64,000 nucleotides of DNA from Diplonema japonicum (GCA_964019335.1 OZ025678.1:372001-436000); one strand, 5' to 3'; shown: positions 46,471-60,184, numbered from the stretch's first letter. A program made the numbers and translations. The notes: a model not told the origin generated them from the sequence alone.

Positions 46471-48265
46471 ATGTATCCGCACATCTTCCCCCTGTTGGTT
46501 GCCAGTGCGTACCTCACCTACGAGGTGAAGCATATCCCGATGGGAAACCTGTCGAACCAGGACGCGGTGCCCATACTGTCCCACGATGGGGTTTTATACT
46601 TCAAAGAAAGCCCCTCTTGCTACGAAAATACCCTGCTAAAGGAGGTAAGGGGAAACCTCGTTAAGACGAAATGCGACCTAACCGCATGGACAGAAGGAGA
46701 CATGACGTTATACGGCTACGGGAAAGAAACCCTGGTTCTTTTATGCACCGATAAAATAATCACTGTTTTCGCGGGAGTTGAAGTGACACTGATGGAGAAC
46801 AAAGTGAACAGCGGTCTCGTGTATCGACCGGGCTGGGTGGCAATCGAAAAAAACAGTGCTTTGTTGTACTTTGTGTCTGATGGGTATGTGGAGTATCTGT
46901 CAAGAAACACGACGGCGAGCGTTCGTTTGACGAACGACGCGAATAAGATTTTGCAATTCTCGGAGAACGCGACAACATTGTTGTCCGGAAACACCCCGAA
47001 CAGCCTCCGGTTCATCTCAACAAAACTCCCTTTAATGGGAATGACGGTGGTACCCAAGTTAAAACTCGTAATGTTCCCCGGAAACAATTGCGACGTGGTA
47101 TCCGTCGGCGCGGATCTGAAAGAACTCGTTGTTCTCTCTGGAGCCTCAAGTCTCGCGTGTACACGGTTCAAAGACAAAGCCATGTGCCTTCAAAAAACAT
47201 ATTGGTGTGAATGGATAGAACCAACGTGTTCTCCGCTTCCATGCGAAGCGGTCACCGCTGCCGGTTCGGTTCACACTGTTATTACGTTCATTCTTTCCAA
47301 CCGGCCGGGGGATAAAAGGGATCTTTACCTAACCCTCGACCCCTCCACCAACACGCAGCATCTCTTGGTTCAAGAAGACAAAATGTCGCGGCAATTTGTA
47401 ACAGGCCCGAAAAACATCGTGTTTTTCATCGATTCGCAACACGCTCTCAATAAAATCCTATCGGGTACTGTGTCGCAGGTTGGTACCTTGTACAGCTTGC
47501 CAGACAGTGTCAACACAAGCACTGTACAGTCGCATCTCACCTCCACGGATTCTGCCGTTATAACGAGGTACTATTATATAAAACCTGACAAAACCGCCGG
47601 TTTGAAAATAGTAGTCTCCACTGGAGACTCAGAAGGAACCTTCGAGGTAGAAGAGGTAGAACGGAACCTCGTGATCCCGCAACGGTTCGGTGTGGACCTG
47701 GAAGGGGTTCTGCCAATGCCCGTCGCAGAGGTAGGCGGCAGACTGTACATGATCATCCACATCAGTTCAGCTGATAAAAAAGAACACATTGTGGAAGTGT
47801 GGGGTACAAATCTCGATGGCGGGAAACAGGTGAGGCATGATGCTTTATGCGAGGAAGCAGATGTCAACTGCCCTTATGGGGAGAAACCTGTTGTTGGGGT
47901 GGGTCATGCTTGCAGTATTGGGAACGTTACTTCGGATTCATTTGCGTACTTGAAACACGATGGTGTTTATTGTGTGATGGCTGTCGAGGCCTCGCGGAGG
48001 CGCATTTCGGGATCTTTCCTCCACCCCGCTCTGATCGCGGCTTTGATTTGCACTGTTGTTGTAGTGTCGACGCTGGTGTTGATTTGCGTGCATGCGGTCC
48101 CTTTGAAACCTGTGGCAACACCCCCTGCCCCTGAAACCTTCGAGCAAGAAACAGAAGCTGAGATGTCCATGAAAAAATCTCTCTTACACAGTCGGAACGA
48201 GCTTCGCCGGCTGCACTCCACGCGGATGGACGCGAGCAACCCGTTGCTGAGGAAACAATCGCTGT

Positions 48266-48267
<2 letters not shown>
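46471..48267 (+). CDS. Hypothetical single-pass membrane protein (598 aa)
   Basis: Hydrophobic N-terminus, beta-rich ectodomain, TM ALIAALICTVVVVSTLVLICV. Confidence 0.75.
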
Positions 48268-48305
<38 letters not shown>

Positions 48306-48452
48306 CCTTTTCTCTGGCAACGTATTCAATATTTTTCATGAACACCACCCACAGGCCTTTCCCCCCTCCCACCCATACCTTCCTAACGGGAAAAAAAAAA
48401 AAAGAAGAAGAGAAGAAAAGGAACGATAGCGACACGTTAAGTCCTCATAAAG

Positions 48453-48809
48453 ATGTCTGACAATGAAGCCGGTGACGACAAAGCGAGCTCCTTTAAACTG
48501 AGAGCCGATGCGCCTGCGTGGAAGCCTCCTGCTGGGGCCGCCGCTGGCGGTGAAGAAAAAGCAGCCAAAAAGGAAAAGAATAAGAAGAAAAAAGAGAAGT
48601 CTTCCGGTCCAGGGGGCATTGCTCCGGGTGTCCTAGGTACCCCCGGGCCTGTCAACGTCTCCGCAAACCAGGTAGGCACGAACCCCCAAATCGCTAGCTT
48701 GCTCATGCAGCGTAACCTCATGCAACAGCAGCAGCTTGCAGCCATGCAGGCGGGCCTGACTAACACCCCCCAAGCTGCCCTCCAAGCTCAGCTCTTACAG
48801 CAGCAACAG

Positions 48810-48841
<32 letters not shown>

Positions 48842-48845
48842 GCAA

Positions 48846-48882
<37 letters not shown>

Positions 48883-50474
48883 TGCAGCTGCAGATGGCTA
48901 TGCAGCAGGCCGCTCAGCAGCAGCAAGCTGCCCAGTTACTCCAGCTCCAGAAAACGCAGCAGATGCTGCAGGGTAAGCAAGCACAAAACCCAGCTCAGGC
49001 TCAGGCTCAGGCCCAGGTCCAAGCTCAGGCCCAGGCTCAGGCACAAGCCCAGGCGCAACAAACACAGCAGGCTCTTGCTTTGTACCAGTTGCAACAGATG
49101 AGCATGTTGCAGCAGCAGGCACAACAGCAGCAAGCTCAGGCACAACAGGCTGGAGGAGGGCAAGTGCCTAACCAGGACCTCATGATGCAACTGCAGGCGG
49201 CGCAGGTGGCCCAGCAACAGCAGCAGGCCGCTCAGATGCAGCAGCAGCTCGCTCAGCAGCAGCAGGCTCAGCTGATGGCTGTGTTCCAACAGGCTCAGCA
49301 GCAACAAGCTGCGCTGCAGCAGCAACAGCAGCAGCAACAGCAAACGCAGCAGGCTAGCAGTGGGTCCATCGGCAGTAGCTCGCCCCCAAGCAACAGCTTC
49401 ATCACGCCATGCGACACGCCGCTCGAGCAGAAGTTAAAGGAAAAGAAAGAGAGGAGAAGGGACAAGCACGCAGTGAAGCTGTCCACTCCCGAAGAGAAGC
49501 CCATGAAACCCGCATCCACAACTCCTCCCCAAGCCCCCGCGCCCATGCCTGCCCCCACGGTGTCACCTAAAGACATCCCCGTGAAGCCTGCCGTCCCCAC
49601 ACCGCCCCCTTCGAACGACACGGTCCCGATCCGGAAGTCCCGCTCGCCGCCCAGCATGTCCCTGGAGCCCTCGGGTGGCAAGCACAGCATAGACCATACC
49701 GAGAAGGGCCCGTTGCAGACGGCACTTGCTGAGAAGGCAAAGAAGAATGGGCATCTGGGGTTGGAGAATATTTTCTTCAACCAGAGACCGCCACCGCCGG
49801 CACCCTTCAAGGGGACTGGTGTCACGCAGTTTGTTGTGCAGCCTGACTTCGCCAGCCAGGAGAGCAAGACAGGCAACTTCGGCGACATGACCAGCGACGA
49901 GCTCAAGCAGTTCCACGATGGCCTGCTGACCGTGCTGAGGTGCTTGGAGGGCCCTGTGTGCCTCACCATCCCGTTCGGCAACTGGAAGAGGCACCCTGAG
50001 CCGTCTATGTACATCAGCTGCATCGACTACCAGGGTGAGGTCAAGAAGCTGGACAAGACTGTCGCACCCAACACTCGGAAGCCGAAGAACCACGACAGCG
50101 ATCAGATCAGAGACGTGACCCATCTTGTGGCTGAGAGGCACCCCAACCTGTGCAAGAAGTCATTCGCAGAAGAGGCATGCGACGAGAAGGATCTTCAGGG
50201 GCTCTACTGCATGCTCAAGACCTACTTCGCCGACCTCAAGGACTATGAAATCCAGGTTTGATTTTCTTTTTGGGGGGGGTGACAAAAAAATACAGATCCA
50301 TAGCCCTCTGGGTAAGAGCACCATCGCCATTAAAATGGGCAATGTGCCTGAGAGTGGCATGCTTGTGCTCCCTGATGGGGGTGAGATTGAGGTTGCTCAG
50401 CTGCCTGATTACAGTATGGGGGGAAAAAAAAAGGGGAAGGGAAATGAATCACAGTTGCCAAATGGTTGAGGTAG
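48453..50474 (+). CDS. PAM2-motif, polyglutamine-rich protein (introns 50256-50295, 50414-50454)
   Basis: SSFKLRADAPAWKP PAM2-like motif and long Q/QA tracts. Two GT-AG introns extend the frame to ...IAKWLR*. Confidence 0.75.
48797..48880 (+). repeat. CAG/CAA trinucleotide tract (polyQ)
   Basis: Uninterrupted run of CAG/CAA codons. Confidence 0.95.
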
Positions 50475-52626
50475 GACAGGCAAAAAAAAAAAAAATGATA
50501 CAAGGATCACAACCCCACCTGGGCTTTTTTTTCTTCTTCTTTTCCTTTTCTCCTTCCCCTCTTTCTCCCCCCCTCTTTTTTTCACCCTTACAATTTCATT
50601 TAGGCCTGAAAACCCTTGAGCTCCTCCTTTTTTTAAGTACACGTTCTCCCGATTTTTGGGAGAAGGGGGGGGGATACAAAAAGAGGGGAAATCATTATAA
50701 AAAAAAAAGATTTGGTTCATATTCAACAGGGAAAAAAAAAAAAAAAAAAAGAGGGGAGTACAATCAAGGAAAAAGAGGAGAAAAAGAATCATTTGCTTTT
50801 TCTTCTTTTTTCTTTTGTCCTTCATCTTCCTCATTTTTTAATAGCCGACACAAAAAAAAAAAAAAAAAAAAAATATCACGGCACTTGAGGAGGGGTGATA
50901 GGTATAATACCGCTTGCACAGGCCTTTAGGGTAATGAAAAAAAGGGGGGGAGAAAGGTAAAGGCTACAAGGAGGGGAAAAAAAAAAGGGGGGGTGGAAGA
51001 AGTGTGGGTGAAAAACAAAAAACAAAAGGGTTTTTAAAAACTTATTTCTGTGATATATTTATAATATTGCATAGGAAGGAATTAAAAAAAAAAAAAAAAA
51101 AAAAACAAGTGTGGGGAACCGGGTTGGGAAGGGGAAAAGAAATATTTAAAAAAAAAAAGAAAGGTCAAAAAAAAAAAAGAAAGATGAGGAGGGAGAAAAG
51201 AAAAAAAAAAAGGGAAAAGCTACAAAAAAAAAAAAGAAACGAAAACGCCGACGCACAGTTTTTGCTTTTTTTTTTTTAATTTTTCTTTATCGGAAATCTG
51301 CTGCTTACAGCAGCCATACAAGCACCCAGACATGCACCAGACTTGTTTACTTGTATCCGGGATTTAGTAAAATAGTTTCTTCTTCTTTTTTTTTTTTTTC
51401 CATCCCCCTTGCTACTCCTTTCCTCCCCCCTTTTTTTTCCTTTTCCGTTTGTTCTTTACTTTTGCCTTCATCCCCCCCCCCTTTTTTTTTTACCCCCCTT
51501 TTTGCCTTCGCCCTGGGGGTTTTGTTGTTGCTCTTGAATTCTCTCTTTCATCTCTATAATTTTCGCTACTCTGCTATAGCGGTTTTCCTTTTTTGGAAAG
51601 GTACCAGAGGGGGGAAGAAATAGAGCGGTGTTTTTGCGTTTTCTTAGCAACAAATCCATGGGTTTCCTTTCCCCTCCCCCCTCTTTTTTTTCACTTTCTT
51701 CAAGCTGTCCTTCTTTCTTTTTTAAATCGATGATGAAGGAAGCACAGGAGAGGAGAAAAGAAAATTGAGTTTTTTTTCCCCCCCTTCCCCCCCTTTTTTT
51801 TCTTCTTCTCCTTTCCTTCCTTCTTTATTTTATCGCCTTTTTTTTTTTCTTACTTTCTTGTTTTTTTTTCCCCCCTCTCTCATTCTCCAAAGGCTCTCTT
51901 GATTCTTTGTCACTGCTGTAATACAATCGAGTTGAGAGGGGGGAGAGAAGGGAGGGGGAAAAAAAAAGAAACCGAGAGGAGAAAAAAAGAACAACTCTTT
52001 ATAGCTTTTAAATAGACCAAATAAAAATTAAAAAAAATCACCAAAAAGACCAAATAAAAATCTAAAAAAGTATAAAAAAACCAATAAAAATTAGCAAAAA
52101 CAAGCCACAAGAAAAATTTAAAAAAAAAAAAGAAAAATGCAAAGAAAAAAAAAAGAGAAAAAAAATGACCATATACCTTCCTCTAAAAAACACCCAGTCC
52201 CTTCCCCCATGATTTTTTTTTTTTTTTTTTATATTTTCATTTTTCTTTCCCTCTCCTCTCTCCCTCTGTCTGATTTTTTATTTTTTTTTCCCTCCCCTAT
52301 ATTTTTTTGTTTTTTGTTTCTCTTCTGCTTTCCTCCGGGAAAAAAAAGGGAGGAGAATGAGAAACAAAAAAAAAAACGAAAAAAAAATCTCCAATTTTTT
52401 TATTTACCACCAAAAGGATCCCTCCCCCATTTTCTTTTCTCTTTATTCACACTCCCCCAATTTTTCTTATTTTTTTTTTCTTTTCTTCCTTTTTTTTTTT
52501 TTTTTTTTTTTTTCCTATTGTTATCCTTTTTTTTTGTTTTGTTATTGGGTTTTGCTTTTTTTTTTTCTTCCTGCTGGCGGGTTATTTAAAAAAAAAAAAA
52601 AAAAAAAGGCAAAAAAAAAAAAAGAA

Positions 52627-53175
52627 ATGTGCCGTTCATCGACAGCAGGAAGGCCGAGTGCTTCTGAAGTTGCGGAAAGATTGAAAAGTTTCAACGAGGG
52701 TAAGGTACCGGTAAGGCAGTTTTTCAGCGACAATGTAAGTTATAGGGACCCCCTGCTCTACATATCAAATGCTGATACGGTTTCCCTGTTATTCACGATT
52801 ATGTGGTGCTTGCTTGAACACGTGTCTTATGACGTAAAATCAACATATCAGGGGCCAGGCTCAAGCGTCATGGTTGAGGCCGAGGTGACCTACAGTTGGA
52901 TTCGCCCTCTGAGCTGGCTTCTTAAGGCCAAGAAACAGCACTTCTACCATACCTTAAATATTACCTGCTCAAGCGGGAGCTCGTGGAGGTGCAACCACCT
53001 AGAGACGATCAGGGATTCGTACACCTTGTCCCTCCCTTCTCGTATCCTCACCGGTCCTCCACTGTTCGCCATCAATGTAGTCTTGAGACTGCGTGCTTTT
53101 GTTGTCTCGGGCCTTCGTTACTTATTTGCCGCGATATCAAAAAAAGCCCTTGCAAAGCTTATGAAGCAAAAATAA
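52627..53175 (+). CDS. NTF2/SnoaL-like fold protein
   Basis: FFSDNVSYRDP motif and a C-terminal IRDSY pattern typical of SnoaL-like proteins. Confidence 0.6.
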   Translation: MCRSSTAGRPSASEVAERLKSFNEGKVPVRQFFSDNVSYRDPLLYISNADTVSLLFTIMWCLLEHVSYDVKSTYQGPGSSVMVEAEVTYSWIRPLSWLLKAKKQHFYHTLNITCSSGSSWRCNHLETIRDSYTLSLPSRILTGPPLFAINVVLRLRAFVVSGLRYLFAAISKKALAKLMKQK

Positions 53176-54069
53176 TTTTTTAAAAAAAAAAAAAAGAGTG
53201 AGTGAGTGAGAGAGAGAGAGAGAGAGTCTCGCTCCAAGTATGACGGGAGGGGAAGAAATGGGGAAAAGGAGGAGTTTTTTTTTTTATTCTTTCTCCCTTT
53301 TCTTCGGAAAAAAAAAAAAAAAAAAAAAAGACCCTTTTTTCCGTGATATTTTGTGAAGCTTGGTATATGAAAAGTAGTATCCTCTCTCTCCTCCTCCTCC
53401 TTCCCCCCCCCCCCCCCCCCATTCCCTACCCTTTTTTTCACTCTCCTCCACTTAGCCCTCTCCCTTTGAAAAAAAAAAATGGGAAAAAAAAAAATAAGGT
53501 TGATAGGATATGTGTGTAGGGGACAAAAAAGAAAAATGCTTCAATTTCTTTTTTTTTTTTTTCCTGCTGAAATTTTTCCTCCCTTCCTTTCTTTTGATAT
53601 TCGCCCACAAAAAAAAAAGGCAAACTGGTTTTCACTTTTTAGGCGACATAAGGAAAGAACAAAAATGAAAAAGGGGGGAAATGACAGGAATGGGGGGGGG
53701 GTTATATTTCATTTTTTGTTAAGAAAAGTGCTCATAAACACGGGATGGCATTCCGTAGTTTTTCTGAAGCAGATTTTTTTATTTTATTTTATTTTCATTT
53801 TTTTTCTCCCTGATTGCACAAGAAGTGGTAGATTTCTTCTCTTTATGTTTCCTCTTCCCTTTCATCTCCTTCCAAAATATTTTTTTTTTTTTCAAAAATA
53901 AATTTTAATTGGAAAAGAAAACCCCTAAGTGCCACTTTCTTCATGCATTTCTCCCCTTTTTTCCCCAAGTATTTTCCTTCTTTTTTCTTATTCTTCCCCG
54001 GGCTGGTGCCAGCGTTGCGTTGGTCTTTGAAAAAAAAAAAAAAATAGAATGGCAAGATTTTTTTTATTG

Positions 54070-56975
54070 GTGGGTCTGATGAAGGACAATTTTGAAACGA
54101 TTATCATCAAACTTCAACGCCTAGACGACGACCTGTCCGCTCTGGCGCGAGTGATCGCAAAGGACGCGAGGGTCGAGCGTGAAAGGAAGTATGAAGAGAG
54201 GATCAACACCCACTTCAAGGAGGAACGGAAGAGGGTGACCGCCTTCGTGAAGGGCACAACGGCATCAGCAACGCAGGCAGTGGAAGGCGACGGGGTTCTC
54301 ACGGCAGATCTTGAAGAGATGGACAAGATGATGCACAAGGAGTGGGACCCTATTTTTCAGCTGTACGGTGGGGATCGAGGAGAGCCGCAGTACAACGCCT
54401 TTAGAACGAGGTACAGGGAGTACATCGTGTCGCAGAAGATGGAACTTCGACCACTTACAGGAGAGGATCTGAGGGCGGTGTTGGCCAAGAAGTCAACGAG
54501 AACGGCTCCAGGGGTGGATGGATGGAGGATGGCGGAACTGCGTGCCATGCCGGTAGTGCTGGATGCTTGGGCCGAGCTGTTCAACGCAATCGAGACGACA
54601 GGGAAGTGGCCGAAAGCACTCCTGACAGCGCTGGTGACGTTGATCCCGAAGGGTGGCGAGAGAACTCCTCTGAACCATCGGCCGATCACAGTCACGAGCG
54701 CGGTCTATCGGCTGTGGGCATGTGCGAGGCTGCGTGACATCACGCTGTGGCAAGAGAAGTGGATCGACGACTCTCAGCATGGTTTCAGACCGAAGAGAGG
54801 CACGGATAGCATTCTGATGGAGCTCAGTACACAGCTCGAAGAGGCGCTGTTGACAGGCACCCCTCTCAACGGCATTGCGTTGGATTTTGTCAAGTGCTTC
54901 GACAGAGTCCAGCAGATAGCTTTTGGCCTGATGCAAGATCTCGGTTTGCACGAGCGGATACTGACCCCCTTGAAAGCTATGTATGCGAACCTGAAGCGGC
55001 GATTCCGTTTCCCGACAGGTGTTGGCGCAGAGTTCCGAGTGACGAATGGTATCCTGCAAGGGTGCCCCATCTCGGTAATCATGGTGAACGCCTTGGTGTC
55101 GGTGATGGTGAAGTGCGTGATGACGGAAGTACCAGGAGCTTGGTCACTTTCGTACGCGGATGACGTGTACCTCCTGGCGCGTTTAGCGGAGGTCCTGACA
55201 AGGGCGACCAACAAGGTGATCGGGTTCGGGGACCGGACAGAGATGCGCCTCAACGGAAAGAGTCGCAGGGATTCTCGACGAAAAACGAGATCGGCCCTAG
55301 TTTAGTATGCACCGGTTCCTCGTTCAAGGTAGCTAGGGAGATCAAATCACTTGGCGTGAACCTGAGCATGGATGGGAATCACAGGCTGGACAAGCTGGAC
55401 GCAGCGGAGGGACGCCTGACCCGTCTCGGAGCTTTGCCACTAGGGTTTGAGAACAAGTCGACGATGTTGACGAGCACTGTGCTACCGTCGTGTCTGTACG
55501 GAGCGACGTATGCGGCACCCTCGGACGACCAGCTGAAGAAGATGTGTACAGCGGCAGTGGTCTCCTTGTGGGGCCCCCAGTTCGGGATGAGAAACCCCGT
55601 GTCTGTACTGAACGTTCTGCTGCCAGGGCATACGGCACATCCGTTGTCGAAGGTCATCTACGGAACGATAAACAGCTTGGTCCGGGAGAGCCTGGCCTCT
55701 CCGCGTTTGCGGCAGCGTGTTGGTGAGATCATTGGTCTATACCAGGACCGTGATGACGATGAGGTGATGGGTCCGATTGGAGTCCTGCGGAACAGATGGC
55801 TCCCCTTTCTGGGGAAGGGATGGTCCTTTGTGGCCGACCTGCACGGAGATACAGCGGTGGCTCACAAAGTGAGGCAAGCCATCAGACCGGCAGTTGCGAA
55901 GAGGCTGATCGAGAAGAGATCAACCTTCGTGGGGATGGAGGCAGGGGCGTGCCCGTCCACGAACTATTGGTGGAAAAAGCTCCAGGCCCGGAGACCGTTG
56001 GTGTCCTTTAGGTTGCGGCGCATCATTAGTGGTGCACTTCACGACTCACCCGAGGGTGTGGGGGAGAAAATTGGATGGCCCTGGTGTGGAAAACCCAGCA
56101 TTAGCGTGTGACGTTTGCGACCACCGGTCCCAGACAACGACCAGCATGACGGAGCATGCACTGTGGGAGTGCGAGCCGGCAAGGAGTGTGTTGGAAAGCG
56201 AGCAATACGCAGAGGTGAAGCGAGAAGGCCTCCCAGCTGCCACAGCCCTTCACGGGATAGTCCCAAGAGGAGCCGACAAAGCAGGGAAAGAACGTGCCAG
56301 GATGGTGCAACAATACCTCCTGAAAGTAGTGACGGTCCGTGACGCCAGAGCAGCGGAAAAAAGCAAGAGAGTGCTCACCTCCAACCCTTGGGATGAGGTA
56401 ACGACAGGGAGGCAACATGATGTTCCGACGGAAGCGTTGCTGAAGGCGAACGGGGCGTCAGGCGCGGTCCTGACCTTTCATTTGAAGAACGTCCTCAAGT
56501 GGCTAAGAGGCCTACGATGGTACGATGGTAAGAAGAAAACTTCCGTCACTACAATGGAACTCGCCATAGACTATGAGCAGACCACCCGCCGGTCACTCAT
56601 AGGTCCCCTCGACGATCAAGACCTGCTCACGGAGAAGGCCGCAAGGATGCGATACATCTTGGGTCGCATCCAGAAATGCTCAGCACGCTGTGGAAGGTCA
56701 GCCTTCCCCGCCAACGCCAAATCAAGGGTGCATACCCTTCGACATCTTGGGGGCCCGACGGCACACGGCTACGACAGGAGACCACTCTTCTCCTCGAGCC
56801 AAACCCCCCCCTACCTAGCACGACTCCAAGCAATGTTTCTCGCCCAGATGCCGTCCATCTCATCGCGACAAACAGCCACCGCAGGCACCAGACAGCAACC
56901 GCAGAACGGTGACCGATTAGTGTGAATTTCTACCTGAACAGTGAGCACCCCCATGCACACTGAAATTTTATCGAG
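54070..56975 (+). mobile_element. Non-LTR retrotransposon family 2, 5'-truncated and frameshifted
   Basis: APGVDGW, RPITVTS, QHGFR, LDFVKCFD, GILQGCP, YADD, CDVC...EHALWEC and TMELAIDYE motifs; frameshifts near 55260-55350 and 56050-56110. Confidence 0.92.
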
Positions 56976-57090
56976 TTTTTATTGAGAGTACCAAATAGCC
57001 CTTTGCCACCGGGGTGTGGGGGGGAAAGATAGAATGAAAAAAAAGGAAAATGAAGGGGAGAGGGGGGGGAAAAGGGAATCCACTTTTTTC

Positions 57091-57756
57091 GTCGTGCAAC
57101 GATACCTGTTGGATGTCGTGTCAAGACGAGACGCCAGAGCGGCTGAACGGAGCACCAGAATCCTCACCACCAACCCGTGGGATGAGATCACAACGGGGAA
57201 GCAGCACACTGTGCCCACAGTGGAGCTGTTGAAATCGAACGGAGCGTCGGGAAAGGTCCTAATGTTCTACATAAAGAGCGTCCTCAGGTGGCTGAGCCTA
57301 AGATGGTACGCAGGCAGGAAGTTGACGTCCGTCACGACGATGGAGCTCGCAGTAGACTATGAGCAGGCCACCCGACAGTCTTGGCTGGACCCCTCGACGA
57401 CCAGGACTGCTCACAGAGAAGGCTGGAAGGATACATCTTAGGACGTATTCAGAAGTGCACAGCAAAGAGTGGGAAGAATGCCCCGCCAACGCAAAGACAA
57501 GGGTACACACCCTCCGACATCTTGGGGGCCCGACGGCACACGGCTACGACAGGAGACCACTCTTCTCCTCGAGCCAAACCGCCCCCTACCTAGCACGACT
57601 CCAAGCAATGTTTCTCGCCCAGATGCCGTCCATCTCATCGCGACAAACAGCCACCGCAGGCACCAGACAGCAACCGCAGAACGGTGACCGATTAGTGTGA
57701 ATTTCTCCCTGAACGGTGAGCACCCACCCGCACACCGAAATTTATCAAAAAAAAAA
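57091..57756 (+). mobile_element. Second 3' fragment of LINE family 2, ending in an A-run
   Basis: Homologous to 56304-56972 (NPWDE, TMELAVDYE, LRHLGGPTAHGYDRRP); ends ...GAAATTTATC A10. Confidence 0.9.
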
Positions 57757-58780
57757 TTTTTTTTTTTTTATACTTGTTTGTGTTATGAACGGGGATCTAC
57801 TCTATCCCGATTTTTTTACCTACTACTGTGCTTAGGAAAAAAAAAAAAAAGAACCGGTTTTCTTTTGTAGCATCCTTGCTACCAAATACCAAGGTTTAAA
57901 AAAAAAAAAAAAAAAAAAAAGAAAGAAAAAGAAAGACTTGAGATCAGCATTGATACACCAACCCCAGAAAAAAAGAATGGGAGGGGTGCAGGGTGGGAAA
58001 GATTTCTTTTCTTTCCTTTTTCTCTAACAAGACTCAGGGAAAAGAAGAAAGAATAAAATATATCCCACCCCCTTTTTTTTCTTTTCTTCTTTTTTTTTTT
58101 CTTCTTTTTTTTTCCCCCTACTTATTTGAACGAAAGTAAAGTGAGAAAAGAAGAAAGGTGTCACCTTTACTTCTTCTTTTTTTTTTTCTGATAAGCTCCT
58201 TTCCTCTTTTAGAGGATACCTATTTTTTTTCCTTATTTTCTACCTGAACGTGTAAAAAAGTCCATATACCGGGGAAAAAAAAGAATAACATGTATGGTGG
58301 GGGGGGGGGGGGGGATGAAGTATTCTGCCGAGCGAAAAGAAGAAGAAAAAAAAAAGAAATGAAAAGAAAAAAAAAAGAAGAGAGAAAAAATGGCCTCTCG
58401 CACACCGGAATCTAATTAAAAAGAAGTTTTATTTCAGCCTTTTCGTCATTTTTTGAGTCGCTCACGTCGATTGGAGCTCTTCAGCTCTTCATTTTTGTAG
58501 AGGCTAAACGTACTCTTTTCTATCTATCACCCAGCACGAAACAAGAAGAAAAATTTAAAATCTCATGCAACATAAACTAAATATGAAGTGAAGAAAAATG
58601 ACGAAAATGTGTTTGAAAGGAAAACCCACGGAAAAAGGGACGAAATATAAAAAAAAAGAAAAAAAAAAACACATTTCTTGAAGAGAAAAATATTCCGGGA
58701 TTTGCGATTTCTTTTTTATTTCCCCCTCCCCCCTTTTTTTTGCAGGCGTCCTGCCACATACCGCAGGTACCCTTAAATGT

Positions 58781-58815
<35 letters not shown>

Positions 58816-60184
58816 GTTCACCTCCCTATTATTATCCACCCGTTGCTATAATACAAGAACGAAAGGCCAGAATCTTTCTTTCAACTTTTTTTTTATTTTA
58901 AAAAAAGGATTTTTTTTTGGGGGGGCGGGGGGAGGCGGTTTAAACTCTGAAGAAAAAGAAAATGAACGAAAAAAAAAAAGAAAATACCAAAAGATCCCCC
59001 TCTATTTTCTTATGTCCCGTATTTTTTTTTGAAAAAATACTTTCGTCTGGAAAAAAAAAAATAATGTCATTCGTACAGATGAGATTTTATATTTACAAAA
59101 AAAAACGGTATTTCAAAATGAGAAAAGAAAGGGAACACACACATCCCCTCCCCCTATATTTTTTTTTCTTCGAAGAAAAAGTTTAGAAAAGAAAACAAAA
59201 GAAATGCATGCCAAACCAGTTTATTTTTAAGGCATCACCCCCCCCCTTCTTTTTGCGGTGATCCTTGTAGGTATACCGCACCTATTACAAAAAGAAAGAA
59301 AAAATAAAATGAGGAGGTTTTTCGTGTTACCTGGTAGAAAAGATTTTTTTTAAATTTTTTTTATGTCTTGGGATCTAGTGTCTAAGGCGTAACCGGGTTG
59401 TGTTCAGTTTGTGACCCCATCTCCCTCTATTTTATTGCTCTTTCTTTTTTTTTTTTCCTTTTTTTTTTTTTTGCACTCTTCTTTATTCATCCTCAGCGGA
59501 AAGAAAAGAAAAAAAGAAAAAAAAAAAAAAAACTGCAACCAAATGAATTAAACAAAAGAGGAAGCACTTACCTCTGATGTTTGTGTAAGTCCTTGATTCA
59601 CACACACACGAAAAAACTCTTTCGAGTTACCGTTCATCCACTTGGATCAAATATGTACACCACATGGACAGGAGGAGGGAGAAGAAAAAAAAAAAGCACA
59701 GCCCTCCTCCTTTTTCTTCTTCTTTTTTTTTTTCTCCTTTTTTTTTTTGGTTCTTGCTCATGGGGAAACATGGGAATAAAAAGAATGAAAAAAAAAAATT
59801 CTTTTTGTCCTAAGGTTTTTTTTTTATACTTTTCTCCTCTCCTCTTCTTGTTTTTGTTTCCAAAACTTAAGGGGGGGAGTACTTTAACTTGCATTTTTGC
59901 TTGATTTTTTCTCTCCCCCCCCCCCCCCTTCCCTTGTTCCTCTGCCCTCCCCATTTTTTTTAAAAACTTTTTTCTCCACCAGGTTTGCGAAACATCGAAG
60001 GAGGGTAACCACCACCCCCCCCCTTTTTTTTAGGTGGCTCGTATGTTACAACAAAAAAAAAAGGATTCATAAAATGTTATATTTTATTTATGGTCTTTTT
60101 TTTTGTTGCAAATATTTATCTTCAAAAGTCATTTTACTACTATATGCAACTTGTGCCGAGCAAAAAAACGAAAGCTGCGAACAA

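Noticed and set aside
50475-52626. Poly-Lys/Phe ORFs in intergenic DNA (also 13300-14700, 40220-40860, 57800-61300)
   Set aside because: They are translations of homopolymer tracts, not genes.
54069-54110. CTGATGA...GAAAC as a hammerhead ribozyme
   Set aside because: Stem II is very weak and no properly placed GUH cleavage triplet completes stem III.
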